This document shows, one piece after another, positions 53,201 through 64,000 of a DNA stretch of 64,000 nt. The DNA is from Octopus sinensis (Eukaryota). The notes beneath the pieces are model-generated. The model did not search any database and was not told the DNA's origin. It was given only the letters and a program-made list of their open reading frames with translations. How positions within the stretch are numbered: the first letter of the stretch is position 1; the number at the start of each line of letters is the position of its first letter. Location: the NCBI RefSeq assembly GCF_006345805.1, contig NC_043008.1:14074001-14138000 (forward strand), written 5' to 3'. Made by a program: the position numbers and the translations under genes.

Positions 53201-53386
53201 AAGGATTTAAGTGGGTTCCATTTTCTGGCTCTCATCTCTCTATATATAAATATGTGTGTGTTTATGTGTATGCATGTGGGTTTTTTTTGTGTGTTTGCAT
53301 AAATTTGTGTATGTCCTTCATGTACCTATGAATATGCAGAAAGGAAGAAGGATAGATTGATAGATAGATAAATATGCATACATTTG

Positions 53387-53417
<31 letters not shown>

Positions 53418-53498
53418 ATGTGCGCGTGCGTGTGTGTTTGTTTCGAAATACATATCCATGTCTACATAAATAAATACAAGTATGTTGATAGGCTTGTA

Positions 53499-53550
<52 letters not shown>

Positions 53551-53551
<1 letters not shown>

Positions 53552-53731
53552 TTTATTTAAAGCAGCAGAAAATTCAACAAAACCTGTTAATCTGAGTTTC
53601 ACGTGAAACTCAGAGTAACAGGTTTTGTTGAATTTTCTGCTGCTTTAAATAAAGCATATTACTCTACCATTGTATTTGAGTACTCTTTTTTCCACCTTGC
53701 TTCACATTTATGTGTTTACTCCGGTATATAT

Positions 53732-53787
<56 letters not shown>

Positions 53788-53966
53788 ATATACTTTATTA
53801 AAGCAGCAGAAAATTCAACAAAACCTGTTAATCTGAGTTTCACGTGAAACTCAGAGTAACAGGTTTTGTTGAATTTTCTGCTGCTTTAAATAAAGCATAT
53901 TACTCTACCATTGGTATTTGAGTACTCTTTTTTCCACCTTGCTTCACATGTATGTGTTTACTCCGG
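53551..53966. repeat. Tandem pair of ~104-bp palindromes derived from a hammerhead-bearing repeat
   Basis: Palindromes 53551-53654 and 53793-53895 centred on CACGTG, each followed by ...tgtttactccgg(TA)n; period ~242 bp. Confidence 0.9.
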
Positions 53967-54030
<64 letters not shown>

Positions 54031-54129
54031 ATAAGCTATACTACTAACCAAATTCATGGCACTACATACTACCAACTATCCCGTCTTTGCGTCCAGAATA
54101 AGGACCCAGTACTGTAACGGCTTCTGTTT

Positions 54130-54283
54130 TAAGTACGCAATTGGTACTTAAATTATCGACCCCGAATGGATTTAAAGGCAAAATCGACCTTGGCGGGATT
54201 TGAACTCAGAACGGGAAAGACAGTTGAAAAACTGCTAAGCATTTCTCCCGCCGAGCTTACGTCTCTGCTAGCTCGCCGGCTTA
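54130..54283 (-). mobile_element. SINE type B, divergent
   Basis: tatcgaccccgaa...gaactcagaac...gctagctcgcc. Confidence 0.75.
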
Positions 54284-54379
54284 GCACACAAAGTATATAG
54301 CCACAGAAATATCCGTATGTCGTATTCAGTAAGCATTTTAAATTTCCTGTATAAGGTATGTGTGGGCCACATTCCTCAC

Positions 54380-54683
54380 TTTTGCTTAAATAGCTTTCAT
54401 AAAAATCCAGTATCTTGACTATCCTCTGAGCAATTTTATTAATATTTTGGTTTGTTGAATTTAAATTGCACTGCTTGGGATGATTGGCAGATATCCATTT
54501 GACGAATTTCTTAGATATATTGAAGTGGATGTAATTATTATATTCCTTGCATCCATAAGTTGAAAGGTTTTGACACAACCTTTCTAAAATAGTTTGGTAT
54601 TCTTGGTGATATATAAAGTACGTTTGGTTTGCTGTCCGTTCCTTTTCCATTTATATGCCAACTATTTGTAGTCTCAACGGCTC
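54380..54683 (-). CDS. Candidate exon with open frame MEKERTANQTYF...DFYESYLSK, unidentified
   Basis: Acceptor aactaatcataaatattcag|G, ATG at 54650, donor AAA|gtgagg; about 90 stop-free codons in AT-rich DNA. Confidence 0.3.
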
Positions 54684-55044
54684 CTGAATATTTATGATTA
54701 GTTTAACAGCTACTGTCAAAGTTCTTGGCTTTGTGTTCAGGCTTCTGCTTGCAAGACCTTGTATCGTGGCCTCAATACCAGGACAAAGTTCTTGGGCAAA
54801 TCACTTCATTCCACGTTGCCCCATTCCACTCAGTTATGAATTAACAATCCTGCTTTGGAACGGCGGTCTGCTCAGGACATATGCTGTACTGCTCTCGTTC
54901 ACGTACACACCATGGTAACAGGATAACAACACTGATAAGCAGTCCGGGGCGTGTGGAGATATTTCTAACAGTAATGATAAAACATCACAAGAAATTTACT
55001 TAGGCGAGGCAAGAAGAAAGGCAAGAGGAATTTTCACATTTCAG

Positions 55045-55199
55045 ATGTGAAATTTTCTTCATGGAACAAAGAGGAGAAAAGAAACCTATAAAAAAACAAT
55101 ATGCTGCAGTCGAAAAGTTCGGAAAATCCAGAGATGGCGAAAATGTATTAAAACATAGAAAAAAAGAGAATCGAATAAAAATCCGCCGAGGAAAATTAG
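55045..55199 (+). CDS. Candidate exon (155 nt), Lys-rich open frame
   Basis: Acceptor ttttcacatttcag, donor AG|gtaagt; only one frame is open: CEIFFMEQRGEKKPIKKQYAAVEKFGK...RRGKL. Confidence 0.35.
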
Positions 55200-55507
55200 G
55201 TAAGTGTGCGTTGTGTGAAAGAGTTAAGTATAAACACACGGGTTAAAATAAAAGTGTGAAGGAAATTAAGAGAACGCTTTTTAGATAGCAAAGTGGAGAA
55301 TAAAGGGAGGTAATAAGTAGATTACATTAGCGTACTCGCATGCATGTGTGCGCTTGTGCGATTATGCGGCTTAACAAACCAAAGGCTCGGCGACCAGGAA
55401 GGAAGGAAACAGCTGTCAAGCAAAGCGAGAGTTGAGGAGACGGGAGTGAGCGTAAGAGTGCGTTTCTTCTGGTCACTATTCTTTTGTTGTTTAGGTGTGT
55501 GTATCCA

Positions 55508-55745
55508 CTCTTTTGCTGGTTTCAGTCATTTGACTGCGGCCATGCTGGGGCACCACCTTTTAGTCGAGCAAATCGACCCCATGACTTATTCTCTGTAAGC
55601 CTACTACTTATTCTTTCGGTCTCTTTTTTCGAACCGCTAAGTTACGGGGACGTAAACACACGAGCATCTGTTGTCAAGTGATGTTGGGGGGACAAACACA
55701 AACACACAAACATACACACACACACAAACACACACAAACACACAA

Positions 55746-55786
<41 letters not shown>

Positions 55787-55990
55787 CGGCGGGCTTCTTT
55801 CAGTTTCCGTGTACCACATCCACTCACAATGCTCTAGTCGGCCCGATGCTATGGTAGAAGACACTAGTAAACCTTCTATTTAAACCTCCTATCAAATCCT
55901 ATTCTTGCCCAAGGTGTCACGCAGTGGGACTGAACCCGGAACCATGTGGTTGATAAGCAAACTACTTACCACACAGCCACTCCTGCGCCT
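55508..55990 (-). mobile_element. SINE type A, full length, with 40-bp insertion in the core
   Basis: Both halves present; gacact[40 nt]tgcccaagg. Confidence 0.9.
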
Positions 55991-57365
55991 GCCTCTGACC
56001 AAACCATGTTTTTGTGTATGTGTCCGCGAGTGTCTTTGAATAGTGGGTGGTGTGGGTATGTGTGTATATGTCAAAGTAGGAAGATGGGTGAATGGCGATA
56101 TGTGTGTGCGTATGTTTGAGGAGTATACGTGGACGACTTTTAAATGTGAGTGGGCAAGAACGTGTGGATAGATTTGCTCGATTCATATGTCCAGTTTATG
56201 GGGCAACATCTATTAAAAGATCTACGCATGCGATACTTCTAAGACTTTTTTTCTGTGTTGCTATTAATCATCTTCCTTTTCGTGAAGGGAAAGGAAACCT
56301 TTGCTTTCAAATTTTCTATTTTGATTATATTAACATATGCTACATCAAAATGAATACTTCCTATCAAATTCTATTTATATGCTTCCCAGATTTCACAATC
56401 TTATGAAGACTATTAAGTGAAGCCTCACTTGTAGTTCCCTTTACTTAATATTCAGTTCTCCAAAAAGGAACAGAATCAGAACAACTGCAATTCGATGCTG
56501 TTATTAACATGAACTGACAAGCACATCATTTCATGTATAGTTCGATATATATAATGGCAGATGGTACTCTTCTCATGTTTCCTTAAGTTCCAACTTCAAA
56601 TCGGACTGATATTAATGTTGGCCTTTGCCCTTCCAGCGTACATAAAATCATTACCACTCAGTTACTATGGTTGATCCATTCCACTACATTCTCTCTCAAA
56701 CCTTTTGGCTTCTGCACAATTCGCAAACAGTTATTACATAATGAATTTGCAGTTCATTCCTAGTTCATCGCTTGATAAAACAGATGAAATACGCGAGCAA
56801 TCAATCTATTTGTATTAATTGAACAACTGCCCTCTCTTCAAATATATTTCTTGTATCTCCAGAAACCAGGTATTTGTTTTTGTTCATTGATAGGTTAGAC
56901 GTATTATAATAATGATATATGTAATTTCATTTGATTTTTAGTCAACTTCAGACATACATACCTAATATGAGAGTAATTCCAATCATAATGTGTTTCGGAG
57001 TATACCTTTAGTAATTTACATTTCCCTCGTCCAATATGGCAGGTCCGTTTGAGAAAGATTACATTGCGATCTTTAGAAAGACAAGCGACAAAGTAAACGC
57101 TCACGTATTGGTTCGTTCTAATTTGCATTTCAAGAAGTTGAGTTTGAAACGGCAATAATTACAAACATGATATTTTGTATGAGATCCATTAATGACGATT
57201 TTGTTTAGAAATAAGAATATTCCGGTGTACATTGTTTACGTAAATTACAAGCACACAAACACATACACACACACACACACTCACGCACATATATATATAT
57301 ATATATGCAAACACTCATACATATACATATATATATATATACATACACAATATATATATAACATG

Positions 57366-57424
<59 letters not shown>

Positions 57425-57513
57425 GATATATAGTATATGTGTGTATATATATGTAGGTATATAAACACACAATCATATACATATATGTATTATACATTTT
57501 TACATTATATAAT

Positions 57514-57560
<47 letters not shown>

Positions 57561-58295
57561 CATACACAATATATATATATATACACAATAGAACGGCTTT
57601 GAATTATGTGGTAAAAGAATGGGAATTGCATGGGAGATGAGATATAATAGATAATTCAGTGAAAGATGTATATTTTTTCAGTCACTTTCAGCCTATTTAA
57701 TGAGATATTTCTGAAGACTTGAGGAAGAGGCAAGCATCCGTTGTGATCCATTGTGTTAATCCAATTGAATAAGTTAATGAAAGTATACGCTAACAACTAA
57801 TTTCATCTAAATTAACAGCTTGAGTGCAAGAAAATAACTTCTTTCATAGTTGTCCGAGGAAGAATAATATTGATGAAGAAGTAAATTACAAAGATTTTCT
57901 ATAGTCTTCTCCAAAGGCAACGAATATGATTGCAGAAAAATTGGGAATAACTAAATTTCCATATTGAGGTATCAGTCTATATTTTTTTTTGTTTTTTGTT
58001 TTGCTATTTAATGAAGGAAAATGTCCCTACCATATTGCCAAGCTGTCTTTGATGGAAACTCGTTGCTTCCGTACAGTTTAACATTAAGTCTAACCATAAA
58101 AATCTGTATATCTGTAGATTTATAAATGATCAAAATTGATATTTTTACCATCCCATTTAAGACGTTATATAAAACTTATAACATGGATGGTATTAATAAG
58201 GAAATTATAGAATGGATAAAAAATATATTATTGCCTAAATTTTTTATCGCCACTTCACTGCAACTGTTCCATAGGAACCAGTGTTACTACCGTTT

Positions 58296-58437
58296 TTAAC
58301 CCCAGGAAGAACTCTCCTGGAGGTGGTTATCGGTACTATCTGCACTCGATGTATATTGCATGCAGGAGAGCGAACCACTACTATCTTCTAGCGAATAGTC
58401 CATTAGCTGCTGATATATGCCATTGGTTACAATGTAC
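58296..58437 (-). CDS. Candidate terminal coding exon
   Basis: Acceptor tatttctttacccattccag|G, frame YIVTNGIYQQLMDYSLEDSSGSLSCMQYTSSADSTDNHLQESSSWG*, GC-richer than the flanks. Confidence 0.35.
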
Positions 58438-59668
58438 CTGGAATGGGTAAAGAAATACGTCTGGCTAAGGCACACAATGAATGTGAGCTGAGATAGATGC
58501 TGAAATCTCAAAGAGAATAAGAGCAGGATGAACAGGTTTTAATTTGATATATATATATATAATATTCTATAATTATATTCTTAATTATAATCAGACGTCA
58601 GCTAAATTCCTCGCCACGTACTGAATTAGAAATAGACGCTAATGTCATTTCAACTACCATAAGAATCTCCAAGACAATAAAACACTTTCATATATAGGTA
58701 AAAAGAAATATTATGAATCCACGAAAGATTTAGGTTAACCACAGACGTGTTTCGAATTTAAAGTTAATTATATTTACCAATTATTCTCCTCGGTGTGGTA
58801 CTCTGTGTTATAAATGTGAGAATGTTAGGATTAATATGCGATCAAGCGTCATCGCATAACCAGTATTCCACCGCACTCCCAAAAATATACAACCGAATGT
58901 AATACATATTTATCTTTTATACCCACGTGTGTGCTACGACCTATCCGGCAGAAAATTATATATATATGTGTGTGTGTGAATGACAGAGAGAGAGAGAGAG
59001 AGATTGTTATGATAGAAAATCTGTCATTTTCTGTCATAATAATGTAATAAATATCTGTCGAAACAAAGTCACAATGGGCAAAGAGAGTGAATACATTTAT
59101 AATAATTAACCTATAAGAAAATTATATTATATAAGTGATACCTGTATCTAATGATATCTAACACTCTAACACTGAAGAGATTTTTTTTTAACAATAGCGT
59201 GATATTTAGATGTGCTGTTCTATAAATCACGAGATATAATCTATATTAATGTTAATTTTTTTCTAATTGCATTATAACCCAAATGAGATAAACATTATGA
59301 TTAATCATTGTTGTTCCTCGGTTAAGTCGAACTCAGTTGAGGCTGTTGCACGTGGTTTTATGATTCATTGATAGAAGGAATGAAATTGTAGAAAATTGCA
59401 GTTCATTTTCGGTGTGTGTCTGGTGAATTAATATACCTATTCCGAGTGAGAAATTGGCGGGTGATATGATTAGTTCACTGAATATGTAGAAAGTAGAGCG
59501 TATATTATTTACATTGTTTACATTGGACGGATACGTACCATCATCTTGTTTGCTGTTACCACAAAGGTTTCGGCCGATTTACTCTCCAGCCTTTAACAGT
59601 TGTCCTGGTAGGAATTTTGAACCCAATCCTGTGATCTCATTTCTAAGGATTCTTTTTTTTTTTTGTTG

Positions 59669-59669
59669 A

Positions 59670-59736
<67 letters not shown>

Positions 59737-59800
59737 ATTTTTATTATTATTATTATTATTATTATTAATATTATTATTATTATTATTATTATTGTTGTTT

Positions 59801-59850
<50 letters not shown>
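59669..59850. repeat. (ATT)n microsatellite
   Basis: Directly visible. Confidence 0.95.
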
Positions 59851-60157
59851 TATTCAAGGCACTGCCTGGAATTGAACTCGTAATATTGGGGTTAGTAGCC
59901 CGCGCTATTAATCGTTACTCTATATTCTCGTCGGTGCCTTGAATAAATAATAATAATAATAATAACATAAGGAAAAATATTCCTTTGGAATGAGAACCCA
60001 GATTTGGTTTCAAAATTTCCCTAAGACACCTGATGAAGGCTGGAGGGTATATCAGCCGAAACGTTGTGGTAACAACAAACAAGATGAGGATACATATCCG
60101 GCCAATGTAAATAATGTAAATAATGAACAGAATTCCACATCTCAAAAATATAGAACA
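59831..60157. mobile_element. Composite element: inverted tRNA-like head, (AAT)n and hammerhead-bearing tail
   Basis: tRNA-like segment on minus (gggctactaaccc loop, gagttcaattcc B-box-like) inside 32-bp inverted repeats 59831-59862/59934-59965, then a tail with a hammerhead and aatgtaaat repeats. Confidence 0.65.
60026..60070 (+). ncRNA. Minimal type I hammerhead ribozyme motif, core intact
   Basis: CAC-CTGATGA-A-GGCTG gagggtatat CAGCC-GAAACGT-T-GTG: 5-bp stem II, palindromic ACGT stem III, 3-bp stem I. Confidence 0.8.
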
Positions 60158-62148
60158 GTAAAGCGTATATCGAAAACAAAAGAGAGTGACGAGAGGGAGA
60201 GAAGGAGAGAAGGGAGTGAGGGTGGAGGTTGTGTGCTTATGTTTGTAGTTGTGTAAGGAAAAAAGATTTTGGATATTAATTGAATTTAATTTTTATTATT
60301 AATTTTGGATGTTTGTGTGGGTTGTAGCTTTATCCACGCCAGGTTTCTGAATTCGATACCAATGTAAGGGACACGTTTTCCAAAATCGTTCGAAGTTGTC
60401 AAGGATGAAGCACGCCCTTAGTGTTTCTTAAATGGTTGTGTTTCTTCATTTTTCTTTTGATGCTACAACTAATGTGGTTAAGTGCACCTGCACCTGCTTG
60501 GGTTATCACAAGTTGACGTCACAACAAATGTTGTGTATTATCTGTAATAAAATTAAAAGTACAAGAGACATGGAGGATAGTCAATTTTGTACGATATGGG
60601 GATATTCTGGATAATGTTTACACCATGCAACATTCAGGTGAGCATTGAAGTCAGATGCAGAGATATTGAGTTAAACGTGTTATGGTTGAAGATAGGTAGC
60701 AGTTCAGATATATGTGAAGGTTCAGTGTATCGACTATACATATACGAGAATATTAATTCAAAAACAGCTGCTTTACCCCTGAGTAACAGCTTGATGAAAG
60801 AAACTGTAATCAAAGACAGGCTAATCTGGAATAGTCCATTTGCTCCTAAGTGTGCCTTCGATTACATCTTTTTTTGTGTATGTGTCTCTCATTCATGGCA
60901 ACAGTAAGAACTGATTTTGACAGGGTTTGGCTGCTGTTTCAAGTGGTTCTTGTGACCACCGAATGCATGCAGCTTATTGTCCTCTGAATCCTTCCTGGGA
61001 TTTCATTTAAGAAGCTTTTACCGATTTTACAGCAAGTATGTAGAAAATTCAGAGCTAAATAAGGAATTCAGAGCGCTTTTATTAAAGAGCACCATTTCAA
61101 ACAAAGAATCTACATTAATAGAATAAATTTTGCTGATATAGAATATATATTGGCATAAATATCTTTTCATATATTTCTACACGTTCTATTATTTGGAGCT
61201 AGATTCATATAACCAACAATCATACTCATGTACGTGCTCAGATTTTGTTAAGAGAAATAAAGCATTCATCAGCTACGTTGCCGCTAATTCACGTCTACGA
61301 AACAACATGTGTAATAAATAACACAGGACTATTATCTGGATTCATACAGTTTTCAGTATGCTCTTGAGAAATTCCTTTTATCACGAATATGTAAAATTCC
61401 TCTCTTTACCTTCATTTTGATCTTACATTTGATACATCCATGATTTCTACTATTATCGATATAAATTATCTGCTGCATCTCTAGTACTGGATCGATTGTT
61501 GCTTACTAATATGATTACGTAAGAAAATTAAATAGCTGTTTAATATAACTGGGAATGTTAGCATAGTTCTTTAAACTAAATTCGAAATATTTTATAAAAA
61601 TGTATTTCTTTGTAACAGTGAAGAATATCTTGTATGTTCCAGAGGAATGTATTCAATAGAACACTATTGGCAATAGGATCAGAAATAACAATGGCTAGAT
61701 AAATTTTGTTGTCTATTTTCCGATGACGTCATGAGGAGAATCACACCTGCAAACTTATGTACTTGAATATATGCGTATCGAGATTTTCTATCCTTAGGTA
61801 GATCGAATTTTAGATTGTATTTTCCAAACAAAAATTTTAATTACTTAAGATGTAAAAATATTTCAAAATTCTTTGTTAAAGAAAATACTTGAGATACTGT
61901 TGTTATTATTGTGTGTTAATCCTTGTGCTGCGGAGGAGGGGGCGGGGAGAAGAACGTGAGGGATCAGAATAGAAATTCATGACAAAATTGAACATCAGAG
62001 TAAAACGCTATACTATTGTAAAGTAGAAAATCTAAAAGAGACTACAAAAGATAGTTGGATAAGTGAATTGAAAGAAAGAAAAGTGGCTAGGTAGATGAAT
62101 ATGTATAATACATGTGTGTGTGTTTGTGTGTTTATGTATGTATGCATG

Positions 62149-62180
<32 letters not shown>

Positions 62181-62260
62181 CAGAGAGAGAGAGAGAGATA
62201 CATACATACATACATACATATATATATATATATTTACATTCATATATATATCTATATATC

Positions 62261-62305
<45 letters not shown>

Positions 62306-62446
62306 GGCGAGAGAGTGAGAGAGAGCAGATAAGTAGGTAGGTACCTTGATTGATTCATTGATTCTTTGAGTGGTTGATTGATTGATGGAGCACAGACGAA
62401 TGTAATTTTGGCATACATCAGACACACCCACCACTTGTGATTACAG

Positions 62447-62575
62447 GAATGAAAGAAGGACGTCAAATCGATGAAGGAGATGAGATCCATTATCCCCACG
62501 GCCGCCATTACCACCAATTCCACTACCATACTCACCCTCACGATCATCATGTTTACATATTTACCCTGAGCATCA
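62447..62575 (+). CDS. Candidate His-rich exon (129 nt, phase 1-1)
   Basis: Acceptor cttgtgattacag, donor A|gtaagg; GMKEGRQIDEGDEIHYPHGRHYHQFHYHTHPHDHHVYIFTLSI. Could be a decayed (CAY)n repeat instead. Confidence 0.22.
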
Positions 62576-64000
62576 GTAAGGTTATAGTTGAGAGAGACTT
62601 TTGCCATAGAATACTTTGATTGGCACCTACACTCAACATATTAGATACTTACGAAAATTTCATTTATTCCAATAATTCAGTATGATAATGAAGAAGATAC
62701 GCTAAGTGGAATAAGAAACTAATAATTGGATGCTTAGTAATTTCTTAAAATCTATAGCCAGTTCAATCAAGTATACAGTCTCGATTGGTATTTTGACCAT
62801 ACGTTAAAGTACCAATTTTTAATATTATTACTACTTAGGTTTATTTGTTCCCATTGCTTTGAAATTCACAAGAATTAGAAAATGTTCAAAGAATAATATA
62901 CAAATAGCTTCACTGCTGCTTCGATAGTGAAGTTATCTTGCATAACATCAATTTGACTGGCAGCCAAAAAATTTATTGAGAATCAACCAACTGTTTGCAA
63001 AATGTTTGAACAGATAAGTTCTCTGTTACCTTTGAAAACGAATTAATTTTCAGTTTAAATATGAATCATTATTTAATTGAATTCGTTCGGTAGCTGAAGG
63101 TAAAAACTTCTAGAATAACACAACCTCTTGCCATCTTCAACATAAATGAAATAGAGTTATTATATTTGACTGTTTTGAAAATTATTCTTCATCAACTGAT
63201 ATTAATTCAACTACTTATTCTTGAGCTATAGCACAGAAATAATTAAATAAAACATTTTCGCTCAAATGTAAACGAAGTAAGACTATGACAATTATTATAG
63301 ATGTTTAATCAACTGAATTGCCTACTCATTAAATTAACGGGTAATTAGTTACGTATTCCATACCTACGTGTAATCTTAATTATTTTTCCCGAGGACACAT
63401 ATAGCGTTAAGGGCACACGCAAACATCAGAAGATTATAATGTACAAGAACTCCCACACTTACGCCGTATAGGTGATTCGTGGTAATTCCACATCCATTAC
63501 AAACATTAGACCACGTGTTCATCATGCTTTTCACTGTCAACAACTAAAGATATACAAGTTCGACGGCTTAAGACTATTCTTCGTAGTGGAAGTCATAAAA
63601 TACCTAAACATATCCAAAGTTGTCTGACACGCTCGCCGAAAATATTTTTGATATCTCTTTTAGTCTAATACTTAACACTCACTCAATTTGAATCCACAAA
63701 ATTATATTCTAATTTGGAGTTTCTCTTATAAAAACATATTCACCTAAAAACGTATTAACACATATAACAGATTCAACTCATTTTGTATGGGTAAAATAAA
63801 ATGTATTGGCAACTTAAGATCGAACTGTCTTTTGGCTCACTGTTATATATATATAACATCGGCTACTTAAAAACAGGTGGAATTTCGTAGCATGCTCTAT
63901 GCTTTTGCTAGTTCTTTTAGGAGCCTATTTGGTAGCGAATACATTTAGAGACCCTCCCGCTCATTCCAGTCTCGATCCAACGAGGCTTCGCGGACAGGAA

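Noticed and set aside
60569-60637. Possible exon ending CAG|GTGAGC (VQETWRIVNFVRYGDILDNVYTMQHS)
   Set aside because: Good donor but the only available acceptor is purine-rich (aaattaaaag).

Overview
Eukaryotic, very AT-rich, repeat-dense DNA with no recognisable intact protein-coding gene, rRNA, genuine tRNA or CRISPR array. The dense (TA)n/(TACA)n/(GATA)n/(AAT)n microsatellites and the three abundant tRNA-headed SINE types resemble octopus (coleoid cephalopod) DNA; that assignment is an inference. Content: about 25 SINE copies of three types (here called A, B, C), degenerate mariner and DD37D/maT-type transposase remnants, LINE 3' remnants, one MITE and a few low-confidence candidate exons. 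The best-preserved element is a ~4 kb Penelope-like element (Neptune-type: RT, Cys-rich linker, C-terminal GIY-YIG) at 22.9-26.9 kb with ~1.18 kb inverted terminal repeats. The most notable signal is a set of minimal type I hammerhead ribozyme motifs from five distinct repeat families, all next to microsatellites. One is a composite of a tRNA-like head, (AAT)n and an intact hammerhead at about 60 kb, and several sit in 3'-ends-out fold-back structures. Most entries in the supplied ORF track are microsatellite artefacts. All coordinates were read by eye and may be off by a few bases.
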